Below, in pieces: positions 12,749 through 24,240 of a stretch of 64,000 bases of DNA. The position numbers and the translations under genes were made by a program. The DNA lies in the NCBI GenBank assembly GCA_950097015.1, contig CATNEN010000025.1, forward strand, positions 6,758,001 to 6,822,000, read 5' to 3'. The DNA is from Macrostomum hystrix (Eukaryota > Animalia > Platyhelminthes). A model generated the notes under the pieces. The model ran no database searches and was not told the origin of the DNA. It saw only the letters and a program-made list of their open reading frames with translations. The number at the start of each line of letters is the position of its first letter. Positions within the stretch are counted from its first letter, which is position 1.

Positions 12749-15700
12749 GTGAGAGAGTCCGCTATTCTTAAACTCGAATTCTCTGGTTAACTAGGTCTAA
12801 ACCAAATTTTCATAACAGCTTCTAGCCTTCCTTTTTTCGTCCGTTGTTACATCCCCCCCACCCTTTCAATTGCATCTTTTCCTATCCCTTTAGTCCTTAG
12901 GTTGCAACTTCTATAATCCGTAGTGTAGCGATTGCGGCCACGTAATGTTAAATTTTATTTGGCGGAGAACAGGTAGCATGCAGCGCGTTACAAAAGATAA
13001 TGATTTATAGGCCGGCGCGTGTACATGAGCTTAAGCCCAATGCACACTGCCCCGGCCCAGCGCAAGTGCTAGTCAAAGTTTGGGTGGCCGCCCTAGCACG
13101 CAGGGCGCTGGAGAGAGCGGCCGCCACAGTAGCCTATATTAACTCTATAATCCTTTGGCTCTAAACTCTATAGTACCTTGCTTTATCATCTATAATTAAC
13201 CTTCTGACCTTTATGTCCATAGGTTCCGACCTCTATTATCCATAGCTTCTAGTCAATATGGTCCTTAGTTTTCGATCTACATAGTCCATATGTTAGTATC
13301 TCTGGTTTTCGCCTTTATAATATGACAGATGGCAGCGGGTTACCTCTTTTACTTTAAACGCCGTCTGTGTTTTTTCCACTAATTTTCAGCTTAATTGTTG
13401 GTTTTTTATCCTAAATAATCCTTAGTTTTGAGTCTAAGGATTATATAGATTAGAGCCTAAGGATTATAGATGTTATGCAACCTAGAGATAATAAAGGTTA
13501 TACAACCCGATTTTTTTCTTCCGTTTTTCATCCGGCATGGAATGTATTCGCCGTTTCGCCGTTTAAAATGCCAGATGAATCCGGCACAAAGTTAACATTC
13601 CGGACGAAAACGTGAAAAAAGAGCAGAAGAAGGCCTTCATCCTGAACCTGTTCCCGAATTTTTCCGGAAAGTTTTCTGGCGCTTCAACTGGATAAATTAC
13701 ATACAAAAATACGGATAGGTTTTCGGATTAAACCGGATGAAGTGGCCTATGTTGCTCTCTGGCTGCCAACTGAACTACATAGTGTATACACTTAGATTAA
13801 GTATACACTTATATACTTAGATTATGATGTCACTACACGCGCGCAATTAAGTTGAGTTGAGTCGTTAAGTTGCTTGCTTATATAGCGCTACACCTTGTGT
13901 AAGCAAGCAATATGTCGACTGTCTTCTAGGTATATACATGGAAAAGAACTTAAGTGTCGATAACTTGCTTAGGTATAAAGTACTTTATCTGACTGTTTAA
14001 TTGCAAAGGAGAAATAACAAAGTTGCACAAAAGCGGAGCACACAAAGCTGGACAATTTGAGTAGCACCAAACAACCGCGAAATTGCAAAACAATAATAAG
14101 GCAACCTAAAAATTGAGTCCCATGCAAGCATCGAACCTGTCACTTACTACTTACTAGCAGTCCACTAATTACTACTTGGATTGGCTTTATTCGTTTGCAG
14201 CACGCGCAGAAGCATGTCATCGGAGTCACCCAGTAGGTCTGACATGTCTGTATCGGCGGCAGTAGCCGCAGTGACCGCCGAAGTGTCACCTGTCGGAGGG
14301 GGATCACTGGCCGCAGCCAGGGCCGAAGAAAAAGTGTCCGTGGACACGCCGCCGGCTGGTGCCTCCCTGAGCAGTTAACAGACAACCGTGTGTTGCCGTA
14401 TGCTACCTAGGCATGCATAGTGAACGGACTTATGTATTAATGCTAGAATGCTACTGCTACCTAAAGAAACTGCATGCAAGTAAAACGATGCAAAGATAAA
14501 CTGGCAGTTATACACGGAGCGCGTAGACCAAAATGTTTGTTTCAAACAAAATTTTTTTTAAAAAGCTCACGGAAAAGCTGTCGTGATTTTGCAAAGCAGT
14601 TTCTAAGCGAAGCCAAGTTGCGTGTGCGGCATCAGGTCAATTTTGTCGGTGACACTACGCACGAGCCAAGAATTTCCTCGGCGCGCAACGTCCGGGTGGG
14701 TTCACTGCTGAGGTCGCCGAATGGATCTACCAGGAGGCGACGGACATGCGAGTAACCCAACCCCGGTTCTGAGATGTGGTCGGAACCACACATCAGAGGA
14801 TGCAACCGCAGGATCACCGTCGCGCGACACTACTCGACATCATTGAAGCGAATGTCGTTAAGTACACTGACCACAATTGGATAGTCGGTCATGCACCTCG
14901 TTAACGCTCAATAGACCGGACACACTTCGACTCCGCTCGTGCTACATAGAGCAAATCCGTCTTCGCACAACATGTACGACAGATCGCTGCGTAGTTGGTA
15001 AAAAAAGTTTCTCTGCGTCCATGGCAAGGTCCGCCGGCCACATAACGTGTCTAGAAACTTGCGAGACTCCACGACTGTCCGTACCTGAGCTGGAATGGTG
15101 AACAACCAGAATTTGGGTTCAAAAGCAGTTGTTGCAGACTGTGTGGCACTTAGATGTTTCCGAGATAGTTCCCACTGACGCCAGTTGTGATCAGAGAGTT
15201 TTGCCCTGCTTAGGAAGATGATTCCCTGGCACCAGTCTGTGAAGCATAGCGAGGATCCCTGTCACGCCGCCCAGAGAGACATTTAAGTCCCGAGCACAGG
15301 AACCGACCTCACAATTAGCTTGCTTTTCCGAGTGTCACTGGCAAAGCAAAAGTTAACTGCCATGATTGTTACGGGCATCGTCATCGCCGTCGTCTGGGTC
15401 GTCGAGTGCCGAAGCGAAGGCCGATTTATCGTCTGGGAATTAAGACTGTGGTTAGGAGTCCCGGTCTGACCCATCAGCCACAGCCATGCACTTCTTCATG
15501 TACCGTCGCATGTAAATTCGGCGGCTCATAGTGTGATCGATGTCGCCACCATTGTCCATCGATGGCACCGCCGAATGGAATGCAATTGATTGGGGTACAA
15601 AATAAGATGGCATTCTTCTATATAGAATTTAAGGTAGAACGAACCTACGACAATCGGGACGATATTATTTATATTCTGAAGCCTAATAAAAAGACTCCAA

Positions 15701-16742
15701 CGCTAATCCAGCGTAAATTGTAAATTTAATTAAGAACTGAGTATAAGATTTGATTCTGCATTCAACAAGAGCATTGTTTTTATGTGGAAAATTGATATTT
15801 CCTATTTGCGTCTTCATGAACTTTCAAAGACGCTTAGCAAATGACTTATGTAAACAAAATCAGATTGATATGGCTAGCTAGTTGAAATATACAATCAGAT
15901 ATACACAATTAAGAAACACGGAAACAAGCCGCTAAGAAACGAACGAGCTTAACCTGGCTGTGCAATGGTACCACGCATGCACGCTACGGACCATATATTT
16001 TTAATCAAAAAACGCCAAAGCACACTTTTTGCGCTATCAGTAGTGACAGTAAACAGTCAAACAAGGGTGTCAGACATTATAATATCATATTAAATGATAT
16101 TATAACATCATGACATCATGATATATGACATCATATTAAAACTGCATTTGTCCGAAAAAAACTAATTTTCTTTGGCTATCTGCTGGAAGAAACGGCGGAG
16201 CAAAATGCGGATCAAAATACGGATGAACAAACACAGTTTGCCCGGACATTTCTGGAAATTAACCATGCTTTATCCTAATGCAGTCCGGGCAGCCGATCAG
16301 AAAAAAATCCGTATGTAATTAAGACAAAATTTACCATAAAAACACGTCTTCTGGATTTTTATCCGGACGATAGTTGGACGAAAGTGCCAACCGGATAAAA
16401 ATGCCCTAAATCCGGACAAAAGGCGGATTAACTCCGGACCAAATATTCAGGCGGGATTGAGGTTATACAGCCTACGGATTATTGTGCTTGTACAACCAAC
16501 GTATTATAGAGGTTATACAACCTAGGTTATACAATTATTAAGTTTGTAGGAAACTCCGAATCTCAACTTTATCAATGTTGAGATATTTTAAGTAGGATTC
16601 CAGCAATTAATCCCTTTACATATAACATCTATGGAACCCGCAGATGAAGCGCTACCGTTATCTGCAGCGCATGATGCGCGAGAAAAAAATGGAGCCCCTG
16701 CCGGTGCCGCCCTACGACGCCTACTGGCCCAGGAACTCCTGA
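12323..16742 (+). CDS. NDUFS5: NDUFS5-like complex I accessory subunit (twin CX9C), 174 aa, join(12323..12748,16644..16742)
   Basis: YCQIMERDLYRCLSRVGVQNIHKWCRIYFDDYDEC is a twin CX9C resembling human [35 protein letters not shown]. The donor GAG|GTGAGA at 12748 and acceptor CCGCAG|ATG at 16643 join in phase 0 to MKRYRYLQRMMREKKMEPLPVPPYDAYWPRNS*. Confidence 0.8.
12896..16525. mobile_element. Probable extent of the DNA transposon in the NDUFS5 intron
   Basis: CTTAGGTTGCAACTTCTATAATCCGTAG (12896-12923) is inverted relative to GTATTATAGAGGTTATACAACCTAG (16501-16525) and to a third copy at 13457-13485. CCGGA-rich subterminal tracts lie at 13520-13740 and 16150-16440. Confidence 0.4.
14600..15330 (-). 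pseudogene. Decayed CACTA/EnSpm(CMC)-like DDE transposase fragments inside the NDUFS5 intron
   Basis: The minus strand reads, with stops and frameshifts, ILAMLHRLVPGNHLPK, FTIPAQVRTVV, LSYMLCEDGFALCSTSGVEVCPVY and ILRLHPLMCGS...LVDPFGDL. This follows the order of the LPK, P-xQ, DG-lF-ss-wP and lW.G-fl.P motifs of animal EnSpm-type transposases (pattern recall, not a search). Confidence 0.45.
16644..16742 (+). CDS. NDUFS5: NDUFS5-like exon 2 (terminal)
   Basis: GC-rich 99-nt island with CAG acceptor, phase 0, ending in TGA; basic helix plus Pro-rich tail as in NDUFS5 C-termini. Confidence 0.72.
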   Translation: MKRYRYLQRMMREKKMEPLPVPPYDAYWPRNS

Positions 16743-17244
16743 GTGCTATGAAAATTTGAGAATTAAATTATTCAACTTTACTATTTAGGAAACTGTACTA
16801 CGTTTTAGTTTTGTCCCATGGATTTTCAAATTGGTGATGCTATCGACTCTTCAGACTTACATGAGCTATTGTGGCTAGTAATGAAAACTTTGCCGTAGTT
16901 ACAATTAGATTGATCTTTAGTCCACTAGCTATATCTGTGTGAAAGTCATCCTTTAGACTTCCTTTACTATTACTTCAGACTTCAGTAGATAGGATGTTAA
17001 ATACAATTGGTGTAAAATAAATATGCTGAAATGTAATAACTAGATTGAAGTTGCGTATGTTCGTTGTAGCAACTAATTATCACGTCATGTACGGATGATT
17101 TTTTAGCTTTTTTGCTTTCCGATTCTTTAATAGTTTAGCATTGTTTTGTTATAATTTATAATTCAGTTGCTAAAATGGCTAAAGTTGCTAATACTAGAAC
17201 TACCAAGGCGTTTAGCCGCCCGTTTTTATACTAAGGGGCCTGAA

Positions 17245-17650
17245 ATATTTTTGGGAGCGCTTGAATGCTAACAGCGTTTTGTGGTGACTGATTGGTTGAC
17301 AGACTAGGCGATGGTGTCCTGTGGTTGAGCTGCGCCTAATATTTAGGCTTGATCAGTGAAATTGAAGAAATTCACGTCAGGGTGTCCATAGTAGTCTAGT
17401 TCCACCTGTTGTAGCCCTTGAAGGTCCAGCAATCCGTCTAGATAGGGGTAGGTGACCACCAAAGACGGAGTGACATGCTGATAAATTTTGGAGGCCTGGC
17501 AAGGCGGCACTGAGTCGCAGTGCTATTTCGTGTATATGGGTGTATGAAATACACTAGTTCTTATGGAAAAAATCAGACCTTCGGCCAGAACCATTGAATA
17601 TCTCGACAATCTGAAGAGCTGGCGACTTGATTCTTGTTTCAGAAGATGCG
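17245..17650 (+). repeat. Unclassified ~400-bp dispersed element, copy 1
   Basis: Collinear with 54811-55237 from GCGC(T/C)TGAATGCTAACAGCG to TTTCAGAAGATGCG. Confidence 0.85.
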
Positions 17651-17929
17651 CAACAGAAAGTTGGCCTGTGTTATAGAGTTTACTTTAGAGTTTAGGTATG
17701 ATCCACTTAGACCATATAGGATTATTGAAGGCTCATTTGGACTACATGGGATTATCGATTATCCAATTTTATGTAACAATTTAGATGAAGTCACCCTAAT
17801 AGTTGACATCATTAAACTCATAGTTATATTCTTACGAATTGTATTAAAACAATCGACACTTACTTCAGAAAATCACAGTTATACTATACTACTGTTGCCA
17901 GTTAAACAAGTAGTATCGCACGATTCAGC

Positions 17930-18171
17930 ATGACTGGCAATACACGCGTGGATCTCAAAGTTGTGCTTCTTGGCAAGGAGTACGTTGGCAAGACGGCGCT
18001 AGTAGAGCGCTTCCTTCATGACAGGTTTCTAACCGGCAGCGCTTACCAGAGCACCATTGGCGCCGCCTATGGCTCCAAGGTCATCCGGTGTCACCAGCGC
18101 GAAGTTGTGCTGGGCGTCTGGGACACGGCCGGCTCCGAGCGCTACGAGTCTATGGCCAGGATATATTATCG
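17930..18171 (+). CDS. RAB24: Rab24 exon 1
   Basis: [22 protein letters not shown]...YYR, CG|GTGCGG donor. Confidence 0.93.
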
Positions 18172-19668
18172 GTGCGGGACAGTTATGCTAAATATGCAAA
18201 TACAGTTATTGCAAATATGCTAATACGAGCCTGTATTAGAACCTCACATTTTACCTGGCTTTGCCTACTGCCAGAGTAGGTTGATCCTCTGTGATCTGCT
18301 CGATGTGCTGTCCTTTTAGATTGTTCAGGTTCTTGAAAATGTAGGATTCGGCTAGTTTTCCAGGTTAACAACTCCAAAAATCCTCAGCTAACGGTTGCCA
18401 TTTCTGGCTTTTCGAGTTCTTTCTAATTCTTTGTTTAAGTTCATCAGCTTCCTGAATGCTGATTAGTTTAAGGCCGTCAGCTTCCCGAATGCTGATTAGT
18501 TTAAGGCCATCAGCTTCCGAATCCTTAGTTTAGGGTCAGCAGCTTCTAGTATTCTTAGCTTAGGGTCATCAGCTTCCCGAATGCTTAGTTTAGGGTCATC
18601 AGCATCTAGAATTCTTAGTATAGGGTCATCAGCTTCCTGAATGCTTAGTTTAGGGTCATCAGCTTCCAGAATCCTTAGTTTAGGGTCATCAACTTCCAGA
18701 ATGCTTAGTTTAAGGTCATCAGCTTCCTAGTTTAAGGTCATCAGCTTCCTAGTTTAAGGTCATCAGCTTCCTAGTTTAAGGTCATCAGCTTAAGGTTTCC
18801 TGCTTCTCTAGTCCTCATGTTTACCTCATGATACCTTCTCAAAGCCAACAATGTCTGCCCCTCACTCCTCAGCGGTGCAGGCGCCGCCATTGTCTGTTAC
18901 GAGTTGACCGACGCTGGCAGCCTAGACAGGGCCAGATTCTGGACCAAGGAACTGCGCAAATACGAGGAGGATCGCTGCCGTATCTACCTGTGCGGCTGCA
19001 AACGCGACTTGGCGCTGGATGAACCGTCGCTGCGACAGGTTGGCGAAGCGGAAGCTGCCGAATTAGCTAATAGTAAGTTCCCAATTTATTGTTTTCGAAT
19101 CGACAATCTATCTATTTAATAAGAAGAATAAAAATAATTGATTACACCTGCTTACATTACAATGGGGTCATATGTTCAGCCGACAGCACAGCCGCAGCTA
19201 TTGCGCGGCGCATCTGAAGGCTGCGTACGGCTGTTCAGTCTATGGACTGGGGGAAAGCCACACCCTTAATTACCCCAGCTACTGTTATTACCCATTTTAC
19301 AGCTGGGTGAACTGAAACTTGCAGTCTTGAATCGAACCCCCGACCTTCAAATCCGACACTCTAACGGTTAGGCTACAACCCCAGTTAATGTTAACTATCT
19401 AATCAAAGCACACGGAACATAATCTTCACCAGGCGTCGGTGCTCTGTCAATTGAGACTTCGAGTAAAACTGGCGAAAATATCGACGCCCTATTTCGCCGA
19501 GTAGCCGAAGATTTCGTCCGCGGCGGAGTTGACGTTGGCGATGGCGGTTCGCAGCGGGCGTTCGCTTTGGATGGCGCCAACAGGTCGGCGACTTCGGGAT
19601 CGTCAGGGGCAGCGGATTCCGTCGGCGGAAATAGCGGCGGTCGCAGTCGCTGCTACTGCCTGAACTAA
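17930..19668 (+). CDS. RAB24: Ras-related protein Rab-24, 225 aa, join(17930..18171,18873..19072,19433..19668)
   Basis: Rab24-diagnostic GKEYVGKT P-loop and [10 protein letters not shown] (Ser at the catalytic Gln position), plus [24 protein letters not shown] and C-terminal CYCLN*. Splice phases 2 and 1 are consistent. Confidence 0.95.
18445..18792. repeat. 30-bp minisatellite (TTAGTTTAGGGTCATCAGCTTCCNGAATGC) contracting to a 22-bp unit
   Basis: Tandem copies in Rab24 intron 1. Confidence 0.9.
18873..19072 (+). CDS. RAB24: Rab24 exon 2
   Basis: CCTCAG acceptor; [13 protein letters not shown]...; A|GTAAGT donor. Confidence 0.92.
19134..19380 (-). mobile_element. SINE family 1 copy (internally deleted) in Rab24 intron 2
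   Basis: Shares CAGCCGCAGCTATTGCGCGGCGCATCTGAAGGCTGCGTACGG and GAATCGAACCCCCGACCTTCAA with the other copies. Confidence 0.8.
19433..19668 (+). CDS. RAB24: Rab24 exon 3 (terminal)
   Basis: CACCAG acceptor; [23 protein letters not shown]...RCYCLN*. Confidence 0.9.
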
Positions 19669-20344
19669 TTGAATGATTTCTATTGAGCTTTCACTGTAGA
19701 TTTTTCCGAAAAATCCATGAAGACCTATACTTCAGTTTAGTCGAGAGACAAATGTGTTAAAATACTGTGCAATTTATTTCACTCCTAAAAATGGATAAAT
19801 ATTTAGCTCTCATTGCTCGTGCCTTTTAAAATATGCGACCATTTTTGTGTAAAGAATCTACAACTGTTCAGTTTTTTGTTAACCTGAATTTATTGTGTAT
19901 TTATACTGAGCCCTTTATGTCTGACATAATACCCATGACCTAATTCGGGACTTGAGTGCTAATCTGCATAGGCCAAGCAACCACAGCATGTTGTGTTATA
20001 CATATTACATATTTCATATTATATATTAAAATTATGCATTATTCACGGCCAATCTATTGATTGTAAACACCATCAGTTTTCCTTTTTGTTGCTTCCTTTT
20101 GAAAATTATTGATGAAGCGGTGCCTAACTATGTGTTTTAACTATATGATTAGGCTCTTTATGGCATTCAGCTTGCTGGGCAGTCTTAACGCGTATAAATA
20201 TAAGTTAAAAAGGAGCAAGCCTTGCCTTTTCATGCAAGTCTTGCAAAAACTCCGATTGAAGAAAGTTTTCAAGAAAGTAGCTACATTGATGACGTTAAAT
20301 TCCTCGCGAAATTAAAATTCACTCATGTCCAGAACTGTTCCAGT

Positions 20345-21930
20345 TCTGTAGCTTTGAGGCTCTCTGATTCTGTAGCTCTGAGGCTCTCTGATTCTGTCGC
20401 TTTGAGGTTCTCTGCATTCCTTGGCTTTAAGGCTCTCTGATTCTGTAGCTTTGAGGCTTTCTGGTTCTGTAGTTTTGAGGCTCTCTGATTCTGTCGCTTT
20501 GAGGCTCTCTGATTCTGTAGCTCTGAGGCTCTCTGATTCTGTCGCTTTGAGGCTCTCTGATTCTGTCGCATTGAGGCTCTCTGATTCTGTAGCTTTGAGG
20601 CTCTCTGATTCTGTAGCTTTGAGGCTCTCTGATTCTGTCGCTTTGAGGCTCTCTGATTCTGTCGCTTTGAGGCTCTCTGATTCTGTCGCTTTGAGGCTCT
20701 CTGATTCTGTCGCTTTGAGGCTCTCTGATTCTGTCGCTTTGAGGCTCTCTGATTCTGTAGCTCTGAGGCTCTCTGATTCTGTCGCTTTGAGGCTCTCTGA
20801 TTCTGTAGCTCTGAGGCTCTCTGATTCTGTCGCTTTGAGGCTCTCTGCATTCCTTGGCTTTAAGGCTCTCTGATTCTGTAGCTTTGAGGCTTTCTGGTTC
20901 TGTAGTTTTGAGGCTCTCTGATTCTGTCGCTTTGAGGCTCTCTGATTCTGTAGCTCTGAGGCTCTCTGATTCTGTCGCTTTGAGGCTCTCTGATTCTGTC
21001 GCATTGAGGCTCTCTGATTCTGTAGCTTTGAGGCTCTCTGATTCCTTGGCTTTAAGGCTCTCTGGTTCTGTAGCTTTGAGGCTTTCTGGTTCTGTAGCTT
21101 TGAGGCTCTCTGATTCTGTAGCTTTGAGGCTTTCTGGTTCTGTAGCTTTGAGGCTCTCTGATTCTGTAGCTTTGAGGCTTTCTGGTTCTGTAGCTCAGAG
21201 GCTCTCTGATTCTGTCGCTTTGAGGCTCTCTGATTCTGTCGCTTTGAGGCTCTCTGATTCTGTCGCTTTGAGGCTCTCTGGTTCTGTAGCTTTGAGGCTT
21301 TCTGATTCTGTAGCTTTGAGGCTCTCTGATTCTGTAGCTTTGAGGCTCTCTGATTCTGTAGCTTTGAGGCTCTCTGATTCTGTAGCTTTGAGGCTCTCTG
21401 ATTCTGTAGCTTTGAGGCTCTCTGATTCTGTCGCTTTGAGGCTCTCTGGTTCTGTAGCTTTGAGGCGTTCTGATTCTGTAGCTTTGAGGCTCTCTGATTC
21501 TGTAGCTTTGAGGCTCTCTGATTCTGTAGCTTTGAGGCTCTCTGATTCTGTAGCTTTGAGGCTCTCTGATTCTGTCGCTTTGAGGCTCTCTGATTCTGTC
21601 GCTTTGAGGCTCTCTGATTCTGTCGCTTTGAGGCTCTCTGATTCTGTCGCTTTGAGGCTCTCTGATTCTGTCGCTTTGAGGCTCTCTGGTTCTGTAGCTT
21701 TGAGGCTTTCTGATTCTGTAGCTTTGAGGCTCTCTGATTCTGTAGCTTTGAGGCTCTCTGATTCTGTAGCTTTGAGGCTCTCTGATTCTGTAGCTTTGAG
21801 GCTCTCTGATTCTGTAGCTTTGAGGCTCTCTGATTCTGTCGCTTTGAGGCTCTCTGGTTCTGTAGCTTTGAGGCTTTCTGATTCTGTAGCTTTGAGGCTC
21901 TCTGGTTCTGTAGCTTTGATTAAGGCTCTG
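20345..21930. repeat. 24-bp minisatellite (TCTGATTCTGTAGCTTTGAGGCTC)n
   Basis: Tandem copies; the source of the LSDSVALR and ATESESLK ORFs. Confidence 0.97.
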
Positions 21931-22057
21931 AACGAACTCACAGTGCCGGCGCCACTGTCAAAGCACGTCGGGTCGTTGAGGTTGTCCAACTGGGCTGGAA
22001 GTAATGTCAGTTCAGACATTAAATTATAGACACAGCCGACATAGACGAGGTTCACTA

Positions 22058-22175
22058 AATGAGAAAGTCAGGATTGTGTGCCGGTGTACGGTATATGCGT
22101 GTGTGCTCAGGAGTCAGCGAAATGGGCAGAATTAAATGATGTGCCAATCACCAAATGATGTGCCATTGCCTCCTG
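22058..22175 (+). mobile_element. SINE family 2, 3' fragment
   Basis: ATGAGAAAGTCAGG...GTGTGCTCAGGAGTCAGCGAAATGGGCAGAATT...TCACCAAATGATGTGCCATTGC. Confidence 0.65.
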
Positions 22176-22509
22176 CATGCGACAGAAAGACAGATGGATA
22201 GATACATCGCACTTCTTGGCGCGACTGACACATGTTCAATTGGACTGGTAAAGCATCGAGTTTTAAAAATCGAATTCAGTTTATTTTCTAGATAATATTT
22301 AATAAAATTGAATGGACAGGTTCGGCAACAGTGGACATGTGAATATTTAAAAAAGAAACAATATTATCGATCGGGTCATTTTTCCTCTTTTCCAAAATAC
22401 GAGCTTTCTGGTATGTCTACCTCGCATAAACACATAGACAGACAATCAGCTTTTACACTTCTACTGGGATTCATCAAATCCAAGTTGTTCGTTATTTCGT
22501 TATTTCACC

Positions 22510-24240
22510 CGGACTCACCTCCAGCTACAGGCCGATCCGCCTGCTCGGCTGCATTGGCAAGCTGGCCGAGGCTGCATGGCTTCCGTCACACCCGCTCGAC
22601 GGAGGAGCAGTGAAAAAGCCCCGCTACTCGCACAGCGCTCCAGCAGCTCGCCGACTTTTCCATGACAGTGGGGTCTCTTTTCCAGTTTGCTTGCCGAAGT
22701 CTGCTGGCAGGAAGTTTGCTTGCTTCGGTTTTTTGTTTTCTTGCGGAGAGTTTTCTGATTTCAAATTTTCATTTACTTATATACAGGGACCGTGTTCCTT
22801 CAAGTAAGCACAATTGACGAAAAGAAACCAGTTTTCTGTGCATTTCTTGTAAAAAAGACTTTGCAGACTTCAATACAAAAAGTATATTATACCGAATGAT
22901 AAATTTAGGGATTTGTACAAAATCTATATTATTATTTGTGCTAAAATTGAGAACTAACACAATTTATCCGAGGGGCCTGCCTGAAGGCGATCGGTGCTAG
23001 CGCTATCGGTGCTCGGACTGATCTTCATGGACGATCTGCTGGAACCCGCCCCTCCCAGCTGCCTACGCCGATGATACCACCTTCGGAGCGCAGGGGCCTA
23101 CTCTGCATGCGGGACTGCGAACGAGCTAGGCCTCCAACAAGCCGCCGACCACCTGATCTGAGCACAAGCAAATAGGTGGTGTGTATTTCTCCCTGGACCC
23201 GCGACTGGGCGACTCCCAGGCCCAATAAGAATAACACCCGCGTCTGCTCGGAGTCTTTTTGGACTCGCAGCTCAAGTTGCGACATCAGGTCAAGGTGGCA
23301 CGACAGGCCCTACAAATTCGTGTCTGCATCCTCCGCCGCCTAACCGGTCGGGACTTGAAGCAGTCCTCACACTCTAAGGAACCTGTACCGCCCTTATACT
23401 GAGCCAGCCGTTCTGCACGGCGCCTCATTCTGGCAGGTCAGCGCCTCGGACTCCTGCACAGGGTAGGTCGAGAAGATCCATCTCGCAGCAGCCAGGGTCA
23501 TCAGCGGTTGTTGCAGATCGACGCCCGCCCGCGCGCTTCTCGCCGAAGCGGGCTTCCAGCCCCTGGATGATTCGTCGAAGGCTAGGGAGGATGAGGGCAT
23601 CCTCCGCTGTGTCAGGAAACGCCGCTGGCGTCTCTAGAGACGAGACCCGTCCATCATCGCCTCAAAGCCGCCGGCGCCACGGTATGCGCCGCTCCTGGAA
23701 CGGACCGCTCTGCAAGTTTCTGCATTCGGCTGGCTAACCTGCCCCGCGTGGTCAACTCGGCGGGCCCCCACAAAAGTCGGACACTAATAAGATTCGGTTC
23801 TTCCTGGAGCTAATTATGCCAATTACCAGCCGCGACAACCCGGACCGCCGTACGTGATACGCTTGGCGACCCTCGAGACGCTGGATCACCAGCGGCCCTG
23901 GAGCTCTGGAGTCTGGATCGATGGCTCCTCCCCGGCTGCCACTGCTTGCGCTACCCTGATGGTGAACGGTGCCATCGAGGCGCGCGCCGCATGCTCCTCC
24001 TTCAGAGCCAAAGAAACTGCACTCCGCATCGGCCTCGCGAGACGCTCCTTGCTCGCCCGCACCTTCAGGAGCTGCGCGGCATTCGGTGCCCCACCGACTC
24101 CGAGGCGCTGATCTGGGCTCTGGAGCCCAGCGCACGCGCGGACACCTAGCGGAAGCGAAATCTGGATGCCACTTCTCAGGATTGCAGCGTGGACCCACAG
24201 TGGACACAGTGGGTCGCAAGTCACTGCGGCCCCCTCATAC
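22510..24240 (+). mobile_element. Degenerate I-group (Ingi/Nimb/I-like) LINE remnant, RT plus RNase H
   Basis: SYRPIRLLGCIGKLAE and HGFRHTRSTEEQ (22510-22610); RLLGVFLDSQL...ILRRLTG (~23240-23360); RNase H-like VWIDGS...CSSFRAKETAL (23900-24030). Fragmented, with an AT-rich gap at ~22760-22960. Confidence 0.75.

Noticed and set aside
6519-12790. Functional Fe-S link between the divergent MMS19 and NDUFS5 genes
   Set aside because: NDUFS5 binds no Fe-S cluster despite its name. The starts are 5.7 kb apart with a LINE remnant between them, so a shared promoter is unsupported.
12749-12790. Intronless NDUFS5 ending ...VRESAILKLEFSG*
   Set aside because: A good GTGAGA donor and an in-phase downstream exon give a much more NDUFS5-like C-terminus.
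17507-17560. Helitron 3' end (hairpin plus CTAG)
   Set aside because: Similarity between the two copies continues about 95 bp past the CTAG, so this is not the element terminus.
17600-17650. Hammerhead ribozyme suggested by CTGAAGA (also CTGACGA at 38640)
   Set aside because: No stem II followed by GAAA and no matching stems I/III could be found by eye.
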